From Lytechinus pictus (taxonomy: Eukaryota), in contig NC_087245.1 of the NCBI RefSeq assembly GCF_037042905.1, positions 25,918,001-25,982,000 of the forward strand: a stretch of 64,000 nt of DNA, read 5' to 3'. Below, in pieces: positions 1 to 12,584 of this stretch. A program made the translations under genes and the position numbers. Under the pieces are notes generated by a model, which saw only the letters and a program-made list of their open reading frames with translations, had not been told where the DNA came from and made no database searches. Numbering within the stretch: the first letter of the stretch is position 1; each line of letters begins with the position of its first letter.

Positions 1-2860
1 TACTTATATCATCATTTTATCAAACTAAACATTCTTAAAAGTATGAGTATTCGTGTGTATGTTAAAAAAAAGGGGTGACACCCCTGACACCCTCTCTCTA
101 AAGATAAATCAGCTATTGAACAATCTATAACAACGATACACTTCCGGAATGTATATTAATGGATGGGTTCAAAATCTATTAGCATTAAGGATTTTTTTAA
201 ATCAATTTTAATGAAAAAATATTTATGTTGGGTTTGATTGGTCGATCATGAGCTGAATACAATCGTGAATGATATTTCGTTGTTTGACAATGCATATGAA
301 ACCCTTCATTTGGGATCCTTTGAAGTGATTCGTTGAATATTGTTCGAGTTAAAAGCAATGTCGTCGTGATGGGAGCACTTATGCATGGCGAACGACAAGA
401 CTCGATTATTGGTAACATTTTAGATAGATAATAATAACTTCAATTTCGTATAAAAATGGTTGTAAAATCGTTAATTGCGTACGAGGAAGAGATACAGTGA
501 ACCTCCCATATCATAGATGATAATTATGTTTTATAATTTTTACAAATATAATTCATGCATTTTGCAGGTAGACTATTTTGTTTTATTAAATCACAGATTC
601 AATTCTCGTGTACTTCAGCTTTTTTTTTCATTACGCAACCTCTCTCCCTCTCATTCTCTCAATCGTCTTCCTATCATATTTCTATGACACTCCCTTGCCA
701 TCTTCTCCCTCCCCCCCCCCCTCCCTCCTCCCCCCCCCCCCCTCTCTCTCTCTCTCTTTCTCTCTCTTGCGCTAATTCAGACATACAGTATGGAACTGCT
801 TTTGAAGACAATCATGATAATCAAATTGCTCAACGCTGAATATTGCTGTGAAGTCTATGACGCCCTCTTTCGTGATGCTTTAGAAGTAACTTCTGCAGAT
901 CCATACATGGTTTGAGGCAGCTGCCCCTACCCCCATTTTTAAACAAGGGGATGTTCTGTTGAATCGTATTGTATTGTTTATCATCGTCATTTTCGCTAAA
1001 ATCCCTTAATGATATAACCGATTGATTCTTCTGCACTCCAAAATGTTTACTAAATTTAAATTCATCCGTTTATGATATGCTCGCTCGCACATTTCCCCCA
1101 TAAAATACACCTTATCAACTCATCCCCCGGTAGATATTTGCCTCATTATACGCCACTAAATATAACAATCTTTTCTCATATCTCACTATGATCCATTGTT
1201 CTCAAAAATAATATTTTAGCTATAAAATCTAGTACAAATAAAAACTATATGAGGGGGTCAATTTATGATAAATACAGAATTCTGACATATTTCGTCAGTT
1301 ACTTATTCAAATGATATCTTCTTCATAATGATAAAAAAGGTCGTACACAGGAATTTTTTTCCATGGGGCAAGAATTTGGTTGTTTGTTTTGTGTGTGTTG
1401 TGTGTGTGTGTGCGATGAGTGACGGGAGAGACAGGGAAAGAAGGAAATAAGATGTTAGAATAAAAGTATTTTTGTAAGTGTAAAACTAATACTGATCCTA
1501 GGGATCCTGTACTTCCCCTTTGAAACAAAGAGGAGTGAGTGAAGATATAAGGAAAGTAAAATCTGAGAAATGATGGAATTTGGGCAGTTCCGTCTACTGT
1601 AAATTAAAATTTTTTGATTTTATTTACTTATAATCGTCAGAGGTAAGGTTTTTATCCAAATTAAATAAGTAACAAAACTAACAAACATACAATTTGAATA
1701 TAGAATGTAGTGCTGGTTGAAAAATCATATTCGGTAAATTATATTAAATTATTTTCGATATCGATATACAGACTATGGATAAGGCATAACGTTAACATAA
1801 TTTCTTTCTATTCACAAACAAATGTCATGAAAAAAAGGATAAACTTTCTGCGTTGTATTTCCTTGGTGGATGTAGATTCCATTTTATTCTGCAACCCATC
1901 CCTTTTTCACCTTCCCGCCTCCTACCTCCGCCCCCTCCCTCATCTCCCTCTCTCTCCCCCTAAAAAAAATTATTTTCTCTCTTTGTATATATAAATATAT
2001 CTTGGAATATCCTGGTGGATTTGAAGATGTTACTGTTTCAGAGTACTTTAATAACTACAAATAATGAGAAGTTAAGTTTCCATAATCAAAATATTTTATT
2101 AATTTTTGATAGTATTTACAATCTTTTTTCAATCAAACATATACAGACATACAATCCAGAACTTTCACACAATCATTACACTACTCAAAACATTGTGTAA
2201 TATATGAACGTACATAGTTCCAACAAAATATTCAGCAGTACGGTTGACATGAAATTTGTCAGAATTGGGACATAACATACTAGAATTTATAGACTGCAAC
2301 CCTATTCTGATGAGAATCTGATATAGATAAACATGGCAAAGAATTTTAGTTCAAATATGTGTGACTTCACTGAGGCTGTCTTCATCATAATAGTCATCTA
2401 TATTTCTTTCCGTACCCTGTGATTGACTTATACACTATAAATTATTTACGAATCCGTGTTCGTGTTACTGCAGGTTCGACTGCCTATTTAGTCAAAATTG
2501 ACATAAATTGTTCGATTGAAATTCATTTCATTTCTAGACAAACAAGGGGAACAACAAAGTAACCCCGAAGTTATGCTGATGATAATTTAAAATAACTATT
2601 CTCATAATATTTCTATATAAGAAAACCCCCCTTACAAGAAATTCAATTCATAGAAACTAGATTATCTACTAAATATAAACAAAGAAAATAATATTCAAGT
2701 CACCTGATAGCATTCCCCTTATGGTGTGTGTGACTTGCTTGGAACATGCACACTTTTCACCATCGTATGTCGTTTGGATGAAGTTATAGATTTGAAATGA
2801 TTAAAAAAGAGGTTATAAGAAAATATCTTAAAATCAAATGTGTTCTATAAATGATGTATT

Positions 2861-3134
2861 TAATGATAATAATATGGTCCATTTTTAAAGCGCGGCTACT
2901 ATAATTCCATATACTCCATGGCGCTTGATACTTGGTATCATATTATTTCCCCGGCTGTAGCTGAGCCGCCATAAAGGAGCTAAAGCATTCAAGGAATAAA
3001 TCCTACCGGGTACCCATTCATCTCACCTAGGTCGAGTGCAGCACAATGTGGGTTAATTTCTTGCTGAAGGAAAACACGCAATGATTGAGATTCGAACCCA
3101 CTTCCCTCTGATTGAAAGATGAGAGTCGTAACCA
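2861..3134 (-). mobile_element. tRNA-derived SINE, family A (5' end eroded)
   Basis: Minus strand has a B-box-like GGGTTCGAATC, a core TGTGCTGCACTCGACCTAGGTGAGATGAATGGGTACCCGGTAGGA shared with the copy at 10167-10447, and an (ATT)n-like tail. Confidence 0.75.
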
Positions 3135-3342
3135 TCCTGATCCCTTGATCAGAAAGTCGATCGTAATGATGTCTCCTGATATTTTTTTTTTTTAGAATCA
3201 CTAACTGGAACAACTCGTGTAGATTATACCGATTTTAAGATTTATACTATTTTTCTTTTAAATAATTCAATAATGGGATGTTGAGATTCATAGCGGTATT
3301 TAATCAATATCACACAGAAATAATACAAAGATAGAGTCCTTG

Positions 3343-3612
3343 TCAAGAATCTGATGATCCAGCATTAGCATCTCCTGCTACTTCTGGCATCTCATCCTTT
3401 CCTACCACGTCATCATGAGGATGCACTCGATTTATCTGTCGACAGTTCGATAACAACTTCACCAACTTCCGCCAGACTTTTCTTCTGTATTTCCTTCGGA
3501 AGAGGCCATACATAAGTGGATTGATTGTCGTAGTGCTCAGGTATAAAACGGCTGAAATGTAGTTAAAGATCGGAGAGTACCATATTTCGAAGTGGTTGCA
3601 CAGGACGCAGAT
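3343..3612 (-). CDS. Prostanoid-receptor-like GPCR, terminal coding exon (ECL3, TM7, helix 8, C-tail)
   Basis: Acceptor TTTTTTTCTTTTTAG ends at 3613. 270 nt in phase 0 translate to ICVLCNHFEIWYSPIFNYISAVLYLSTTTINPLMYGLFRRKYRRKVWRKLVKLLSNCRQINRVHPHDDVVGKDEMPEVAGDANAGSSDS*, with an NPxxY motif followed by a basic helix 8. Not in the ORF track. Confidence 0.85.
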   Translation of the reverse strand: MCVLCNHFEIWYSPIFNYISAVLYLSTTTINPLMYGLFRRKYRRKVWRKLVKLLSNCRQINRVHPHDDVVGKDEMPEVAGDANAGSSDS

Positions 3613-4603
3613 CTAAAAAGAAAAAAATGAGAGAACAGAATTCAATGAATTGAAAACACAGTTAAGTCTTTAAGTAACTGTGGAGAACGAAAGTGAATAT
3701 ATATAAATTGCAGAGATTCAAAATAAATTCAAGTGAACTGTACTCAGGGACCAATCGAATTTGAGATTTGAATTTAACCGTAAGATTCATTTTTAATCTC
3801 AAAGGATTCAAATTTAAATCCCTTGAGAATTACAATATATTTTTTTAGGATTAAAAGTAAGCCCCAAATTGATTGGTTCCTTGGTTCAGCTGGATTTACT
3901 TTAAATCCCTGCAATTTAGAGTAAAGCAGCTAGCCAAAAAAAATAACTTGTTTTTAAGTTAACTCAAACACAAAGTAGATGTAAAAATCATATCACAATT
4001 TTTTTTAATGAGGACATATTATCGTTCTAGATGTCAACTATAACCAAATAAAATTATAAAAGGTCATCCATGTTTAAAAATGAACTAATGATACATTATG
4101 AATTGACTGAAGAAAACGGGAATCCATTTTAAAACATTCTTTTATTAAAGCTCGCACATCTTTTTTCAATATAGGCAATAATAAGCAATCTCTCTAGTCC
4201 AGAGTAATGTCTCGATGTAAATTTTGAGATTTATATACGATAAATTATTTGTATTTACCTTAGGTTATAGATCTACGTCTTTATGTATATATAGTTTCTT
4301 GTCTTCCACCACATCCCTTATCCTTCTCTCCCATCTTATACTACCCACATCCTCATTTACTTTAAAATATAAAAAAAAGCACACATCGTATATCATTTTC
4401 ATTTATTTGAATGCAGGCCGGGGATCGAACCCTGGACTATCCATGTATGATATAGTCAAGCGCCTGAGAACACTCTCTCATAATACACACCCTCACTCTC
4501 ACGTCCTCCCTCCCACGCACACATTTCTCTCCGCCTCAATCCCCTATACATACATATCCCCACTCTCACACACACACACACACACTCTCCCACACGCACA
4601 CAC

Positions 4604-4605
<2 letters not shown>

Positions 4606-4638
<33 letters not shown>

Positions 4639-4788
4639 ATGCATATAGCATTTCCATTTATTTGAAAGCATGATAAAAGAGCATTGTAGATTAAATGCCT
4701 TGCTCACGGGCATAGGTGCCGCGGCCGGGGATCGAACCCCGGACTTTCCATGTATAGCCAGGCGCCTTAGACCACTCGGCCACGGCAC
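4606..4788 (-). mobile_element. Short, well-preserved tRNA-derived SINE with poly(A) tail
   Basis: Minus strand GTGCCGTGGCCGAGTGGTCTAAGGCG (A box) ... GGGGTTCGATCCCCGG (B box), short body, then an A-run (T-run 4606-4634 on +). A degraded head copy lies at about 4415-4475. Confidence 0.85.
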
Positions 4789-5380
4789 ACACCCACACAC
4801 ATACCCTCACACCTTTCTCTCGGCCTCGTTCCGTATATATAGGCCTACACACCATATCTCATGCAGCCTCCCACCCACACACGCCTTTCTTTCTACCTCT
4901 ATTCCCAATACATACATATCCCACACTCACTCTCTCTCTCTCACATACACACGTTTCTCCCCGTACATATAGACACACACCCATCCTCTCACACTCTCCC
5001 TCCTGCACACACCTTCTTCTCCGTCTCTCTCCCTCTCATACATACACACACCCTCAGTATTATACTCTCCCACACCCACCTTTTTACGCCTCTCTCGTTC
5101 ATAAATACACACACCCTCACGCGTTCACTGTTCCTACATCACACACCTTCCTCTCATTCTCTCTCCATCACACATACATACATTCACCCATACACACACC
5201 CACCCACACACGCACCCTTACACACATACACACTCAGCCTAACACTTTCAGTCCCACACGTTCTCTTCTATCTGCCTCTTTCCCCATACATACATAATCC
5301 CTCATTATTACATCCTCCCTCACGCATGCCCTTATTTTTACCGTCTGTCTCCTTCATACATACGCATACCCGCATAACTA
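4789..5380. repeat. CA/CT-rich low-complexity tract
   Basis: Degenerate (CA)n/(CT)n mosaics; explains the His/Thr/Leu/Ser-rich spurious ORFs here. Confidence 0.85.
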
Positions 5381-8300
5381 AACGTATAAATAAATGAATA
5401 GATAAAGAAATACATGTAAGTAAATGAATAAGCAACATTTAGTGTTGAACTGCGCTTGCCTATACAAATCTATACAAACTTATTTTGAACACAATAGTAC
5501 GACTTCTTTATCACCAAAATGTAGAGCAAGCTCGCATCTTTAATATCCCAACTCCTTATGTGCTTACTTATCCATGTGAGCAAATATCAAGGACCATGCC
5601 AAAGGTATAATGCTATTGATGCCATTCAATCATTAAGCCCAAAATTATATTTACTGTACATGTTATGTTTGTTTTTACGTTGTGTTGATATTGTAAATTG
5701 ACCCTTTCAGCCCCGCTGCTTGTCAATATATGTGCATTTACCAATAATTAAATAAATACAAAATAAAGTAATCTAATGAATACGAAAATCTGTTTCCTTT
5801 ATCACTCCATCATACTCTATTTCTACGGTATTTGTCCGCATTCGGTGAAAGTTACCTGGCAACAACAATTAATATTTTCAAGTGTAGTTCTATTTGTCAA
5901 GATCTTTAATTGCATTCTTCACGTAGTTCATTTTACTTTCAACTGGATAGAAATAAACACGACTAGCGAAGGGCGGTGAGGGTGGTCAACTCCAAAACGA
6001 CCAAAAAAGATAAGAGAGGAAAGGAACAAGAGAAGGTACATGAATGCAGAAAGAAAACATTCTGAAAAAAAAATTTTCAAGAGAATAAATGAACGAGATG
6101 CCTTCTTTCTCACATTTGGCTGAACAAATATAATGTATTTGCCCTGTACCTTTTTATTCGGTATACTGCGTGAGTTTTTATTTTTTTCTCACCCCACCCC
6201 CCTTCCTCTCTCTCTCTCTCTCTCTTTCATTATTTATCCAATTTCCCTCTCACTCTTTAACCAGCGATTTCTCTATAAACGCTAATATTTGGCTTTTCCT
6301 TTGTAGTCTAATTTTTTTTGTTAGTGTCCGATCTCCTTGATTGCGGATTTCATGATTATTTTAAGGAACCTGCAGACATTACAAGCTCTGCTTGCCGGTT
6401 CCTTCATATTTCACTTTTATTTACTGCCATTGTCATAATCTTCTGTATTCTGTATGTAATCAAATGTGTTTCTTGTATTGTGTTGTTATATTTTGTTTTA
6501 TATATTTTTTTTTCCATGATTTGTGATTTTGTACGTGTAATTATTTTGTAAGTGTTGATGTTGATTTATATATTCAATAAACATTGAAAGAAAAAAAAAA
6601 TTGTTATATATTTTGTGAAGTATGAAAATAAATTCAATTAAGTTTAATTCAATAATTAGATTAATCAAATTTGCTTCTGAGTTTGGCCGGAGATTGAACA
6701 AATAGATCTTCCATATTGTTTCCCTGCGCCTTTCTGGTCGTCGGTTTACCGTTCATTATTAGACATTCATTTTTCTTGTCAGCTAATATATAGAGGTATA
6801 TCAATTATATTTAGCCATAGTGCATGTAAACACAAGTTCTGATTTTCTTATAATTTCAATAAAAGTCTAAAGCTTTGATACTATATCTGTATATGCGGTA
6901 AAGGGGAACTTTTTTTCTCCTGCCCACTTTTTGGAAACATTTATTTCGTGCATTAGACATTTCCTAATCATGCAAAAATTAAAAAGTCAAAGAAAGTGAA
7001 ACGTCTTCCTTCTCATCACAAATTTAATCTGACGAAGGGGACCTATCTGTCCTTGCACCATCCAGCATCTTTTTGTCATTTTTGTCCCGAATTTGAAACC
7101 CTCGAGAAAACGGGTGCCCCCGAAAAGGTTTTTTACGTGTTCAAAAACCTTAAATGATGTAACAAAGAACCTAAAATTCTTCCAAACTGGCTATTTAGGG
7201 TATCTTAAAGCATTCTGGGGAACCATATGTTCCAAATACGGGACAAGCACAGAACTCTCTAAGAACCTTTTTTTTTTTCTAAGAGTGCATGCTTACTTTT
7301 GCATTTGCTTTATTTTTCACATTAGAGTTCCCTAATCACAGAAGAGTCAATTAAATTTGAGCCAATAAAAAAAACTAGAAACATCTTCCTTTGTCTAAAA
7401 TTTGACGAAAATCAAATTTCTACATTCATCAATCTAATTGTTCAGTGGCATTTTTTATATATCATAAAAAGGAAAGTGTGTGTGACGTCATCGGATCTCT
7501 GAGTTTAGTACTGACCTTGATAGAGCATCTGATGTGCGAACTAAGCAAAATTTTAAATGTAATTTCTTCTTTGTTTTACATTTGATTTCGATTACATGTT
7601 CAGTGTTATAACTTTTCTCTATTTGTTCAAATAATTCCGCTGTTTGATCCTGGCTTTTTAAAATGCAATGCCTATAATCTACATAAACGACGTTGGTATG
7701 TTCATGCAAAAACTGAGTTTATTTTTTTTTTAATAAATTTTTAAGGTCTAGATCTTTGTGACCTTTCATTTATGTGCTAATAACTTCCGAACTGCAAAAT
7801 AGCTTTGCTTTGGGTATGACCTAAAGTGTATTATTTGCAAGACACTGCGGTCAAAACATCAAGAGTCCATTATGCTGATTTCCCTCTTCAAGTTTTGTTG
7901 TTTTTGCACTCGTTCCTCTCCAAAGTGGCGGTATGCAGCTTGAATTAAGAAAATTCAAACCTAAAGAAACTCAGAGAGGAAAACATGCCTCTGGGCTACT
8001 CACAAATGCGTCCCGTTCCCATTTAACAAATGTTGCATGATTACATCGACTAACACGCTACTGCATTATAATTCACCATTTTCACATTGCTGAAAACGAT
8101 TAACATAGTTGTTTTAAGACTTTTACATAAACTTCACAGAGCAATATTGGGATGAAAGATTCCACGTGCTGCGATAGCTAAATATGGCTCTGTATGTCTA
8201 TTCATAAGACTGCTTGGTCTTACGACAGTTGCTCGACCGGTCGCAGGCCTTCTTGCAACGTTGTGCGACCGCAATACGATCCGATGCGACTGCTTACGAC

Positions 8301-8431
8301 TTATTTCCCACGGGTATACGAATAGTCCTCCTATAACAAAATGTTTCTTTTAGTTTGGTGACATTTTCGTTGTTATTCTTGTTTGATTTTTCTATACAAT
8401 TAAAACAAAAATTGAATGATATTTCATCAAC

Positions 8432-8436
<5 letters not shown>

Positions 8437-8471
<35 letters not shown>
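8437..8471. repeat. (TA)n microsatellite
   Basis: Perfect TA run; similar runs at about 17288-17365 and 27362-27402. Confidence 0.95.
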
Positions 8472-8474
<3 letters not shown>

Positions 8475-9524
8475 CATGTGTATGAATTTATATTCTATAC
8501 ATTTTAATTATGGTTCTTACATAAAGGGATTCGAGATTATATATGAAACAGAAAAAAGTAAATTACATTTGTTCAAATTTTAATCAATTTATATGTCAAT
8601 TACGCCATACATAATTTTTTTATGATCTTAAATGATTCAAATTCTGCATATTTCATAACAATGACGTTAAGCATGGGTGTACAAGTCACCAGCAATCCCT
8701 TCGTCCAAGAAACCCTATTTAAATGTTGAAAGATAAACTGAATTGATTTCACTATTGCTTTTTTAATTTCCCAATGAAAATATGAGTTGGATTGCCTTAT
8801 TTTGCGATACACACTGTATAATACGCTTTTAAAGAGAAAATTATATTCATGATCTATATTTATTATAGATTATATTCAAGACTGACATGAGTTTTAATCA
8901 TTTAGATATTGTGAAATAAATCCTCGCGAAAAGAGGCTCTATAGATCCGACTATTACTTACGATTTTCATCATTACACTAAGCTCACACTAGAGCCTCAT
9001 GACAGACACCTTTTCCATCCTCTTTATAAATCTCAATAAAATATGCAATAGGAGCTGTCACCATCATACAAAAAAACAGTAAGGCACATCCATTTTAAAT
9101 TCTAAATGGCCATCTGCTCTGGAAAGAAGGTCCTTGGAAGTGAAGTTTCATTATAATAAACCCCTTGATATGGTGTGTGCCTATTCATACGCGAGACGCT
9201 CTAGTGGAAGTTCGATAATCTTTATCTATTCATTGCACTGATGACTTCTGACCGACAAAATGGATTAATTTTTTTTTCTTAAGAGCAGCAAGATTAATAA
9301 TTAATTACTACAGCACCTGTCCCGGGCTTGGATGCTCGAAAATAGCGATGTTGATTAATGATTACTATAAACAAAGATGTGTTTATATTGTTGTAAAGTA
9401 AAGAATTATTGTGATTTCTTCGAAAGGTTTTGTCATTCGAGGTATTTGTGACAATTGTTTGAGGTCGAATGGTCTGTCACTGTATGCTAAATTATTAATG
9501 GGTTGCGGTGTAACGAAATATCAT

Positions 9525-9945
9525 TGCATAGGGGCGTCTATGATTTGAGGTGTACGGGTCTATGAGTGCATAGAGGTGTCTATAATTGTTGGTGTTTGGG
9601 TGTATGAGTGCATAGAGGTGTGCTTATGTGTTGTGGTGTACGGTCTCTGAATGCATGGAAATGATCATAATTTGTGGTGTAGGGGTCTATGAGTGCATAG
9701 AGGTGTTTATGGTTTGTGGTGTATGGGGTATATATATCACTGAAGTGAGGTGTGGTGTATAGGTATATCAGTGTAGAGGTGTCTATGGTTTTGAGGTGTA
9801 GGGTTCTATGAGTGCATAGAGGTGTTTATGGTTTGTGGTGTATGGGTCTATCACTGAAGTGAGGTGTGGTGTAAGGGGTATATGAGTGTATAGAGGTGTC
9901 TATGGTTTTAGTACAAAGTGATGTCTATGGTTTGCGGTGTAGGGA
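9525..9945 (+). repeat. Degenerate ~40-bp GT-rich minisatellite
   Basis: Recurrent unit like GGTGTACGGGTCTATGAGTGCATAGAGGTGTCTATGGTTTGT, about ten diverged copies, with a TCACTGAAGTGAGGTGTGGTGTA variant occurring twice. Confidence 0.85.
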
Positions 9946-10166
9946 CAAACCTATAGTTATTACTACTCACAATACCCACCCCTCCCCCATACATTATGAG
10001 AAGAGTGAAATGATAACATTCCAATAACAAGAAAGCTTCAAACCTTCAAATTCGTTCTTTATGTAACATTATCAACATCTTCAACATCTTACAATCCATC
10101 CGAGATTGAATTTCTCTACCATCCAAAAAAAAAAAAAAAAAAATCATAAATCGGAATAATATTCGT

Positions 10167-10447
10167 TAATAATAACAATAATACCTGGATTTATATAACG
10201 CTTTTTGACCGAGGATACAAAGCGCTTGCTATTATTACTCCGGCTTTAGCTCGAGCAACCATCACCGACGTCCAGTTCATGCAAGGAATTAATCCTGCCG
10301 GGTACCCATTCACCTCATCTGGGTCGAGTGCAGCGCAGTATGGATAGATTTATTGCCGAAGGAAAACACGCCATGGCTAGGATTCGAACCCATGACCCTT
10401 GTTTCAATTATAGGCGAGAGTCAGAACCACTCAACTACAACGCGCCC
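10167..10447 (-). mobile_element. tRNA-derived SINE, family A
   Basis: Minus-strand head GGGCGCGTTGTAGTTGAGTGGTTCTGACTCTCG...GGGTTCGAATCC; same core as 2861-3134; (ATT)n tail. A third, badly decayed fragment lies near 30120-30255. Confidence 0.8.
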
Positions 10448-12584
10448 ACATTCGTTGGTACTATGTAATATTTTGTGTAAGCAAGAGGAGGGAAAAAAAT
10501 CATTAACATTAAAAAAGGGAGCAGACATAGCATTGGCGATGGATATGCAAGCATAATATTTTATTCATTTCACTTCAAGATAATTCATTGATCCATTAAT
10601 CATAAAGTGTCATCTTGATCATTAATTTTAATCGAATTAGCTCTCTGGGTATAATTGCGTTATCAAATCGTGATGTCAGAACCGATGATTCATTTTATCG
10701 AGCTTTACTAATTCAAGTCCTTAGGAAATCTACCGTAGTGGTTGACGGTTAAGCTATTAGATACAGCAAGGCTTAAAATAATAAAACATTCATGTTTATG
10801 TCTGTCATTCATAACAAGAATATGAGGTACATTCTAATATCATAAATGTTCGGGTTTTCTTAAAGTATGTCAAACATCATGTCAACATGAATAAGGAAAG
10901 AAAATCACTACAACCTCGAAGACAATCATATTAAAAATTACAAATTGGCAGAAAGTTTCCAGCGTGTCGTTAAATGGTGAACATGATAAACGGTGATTTT
11001 TGCAAACTTGTATGTCATGAAATTACTAATGTTTAATTCACATTTCACAAAAATGTTTTAGATTTAGAAAGTAAAACATGCTTTGACTCCTAGTGGAATC
11101 ATTACAGTGTGATTAATATATATTAAATCTGAAATAATCTTTGTACTTTGACGTCATAATATGTAGGGGTAAGTGTGGTAATGCCGGAAACCATGCGACT
11201 TTTACCGATGAACACTGCCGATGAATACACACTAAAACAAATTTAAGTTCAAGTTACCCCGACCAATACAAAGATTGTGTTACGCTGTAACTAGGGACGT
11301 GGTTTTATTAATTCAAACTCTATAGCTCAAAGGCTGTAAATAAAACAAAATTACGACGTCGTTCCTGATTACCCACATTCATTTTCAATCCAGATCGATT
11401 TTCATTCGGCCTGTTTTGCCCGTCTTTTCACTATAAATTACTCAATTTATGTGGGCTTGCATTTAAAACATAGTTACAGATGGATCTGTATAATGTTCAA
11501 CAGTGTTCTTTTATTCCACATTCAAATCAATGGAAATGCTATATTATGCATTCTTTTTTTTAAATGTTCATTTCGATTGCACAATGTTTCAAAATTATGC
11601 CTCAGGGTATTTTGATAGGAGAGGGGCAACAACAATGATGACGTCACTATTCTAGATTAAATTACAGAGGCATCAAATATATATTCCTACTTGCTCCTCC
11701 TCTTCTCCTTATAGAATTATCATCTATTACCTTTTTTCATTAGAAAATCATCACTCCTCCCCATGCAGCGCTGCCCTCCTGTTAAAATACAAAACTTTGG
11801 ACTCTACTTCATTTTGTAATTGATAGAGACAAGTCGTTTGCTTCATCTGGAACAACCATATGCTATAAATACGGTCAATTTCATCAACTTGCATATCGTT
11901 AATAACTTGTTTCCATTTTCAGTACATTGAACATAATGGCTGTTAAAATAGCGCCATCTACCATTTATAATATCCTGATCATGTGTGCACTGGACTTGGA
12001 ACACTGCCTGGTAATTTATATCTATTTTATTTCATGTATGCTGACCAAGATGGCATCTGAAAACGCTATATAAATATGAACTGATATTATTTTCATTATC
12101 TATATAATTTCGAGAAGCACAAAAATTGAGAAAAAAAAACAAAATATTTTAGATGAGTGTTTTAGTGCCACAATCTGATATTGTTAGAAAAATAAGTTTG
12201 AAAGTTTCTAATGATGATATATTTTTAAGTTCAATGGTAAATTATTCCGAAGGTGTTGTGGCAGATACAGTTCAGCATTTGCTGATACACGAGTGGTAAA
12301 TGAATAAATAGAAACTCTTGATATAACATCTTTAGAAGAACTCGCACTACTTTGAAGGAAGATGAATTTGATATTTTGTGTGAACAGTACACCGTCTTTT
12401 TCATTCTTGTTTTATGTGATACTCGCATCGTTTTTTTTTTTATAAAGCACTTTAAAGGCAATGCGACCATTCTGCCACACGTTGCCCTATGACGGCCCTT
12501 AAGAAATACAAAGTTTAGAAATACTGCAACAGTATTATAACATCTATAATTTACTTCATGTCAATGAAATTCAATTCAAACTAT

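Noticed and set aside
4715..4788. tRNA gene (also considered at 44068-44140)
   Set aside because: A and B boxes are present but there is no convincing anticodon arm, and the sequence continues into a SINE body and tail.
4224..5397. ORFs of 100-178 aa rich in His/Thr/Leu/Ser
   Set aside because: Artefacts of CA/CT low-complexity DNA and a SINE.
9525..9945. Regularly spaced repeats as a CRISPR-like array
   Set aside because: Eukaryotic context, degenerate contiguous units without unique spacers, and no cas genes.
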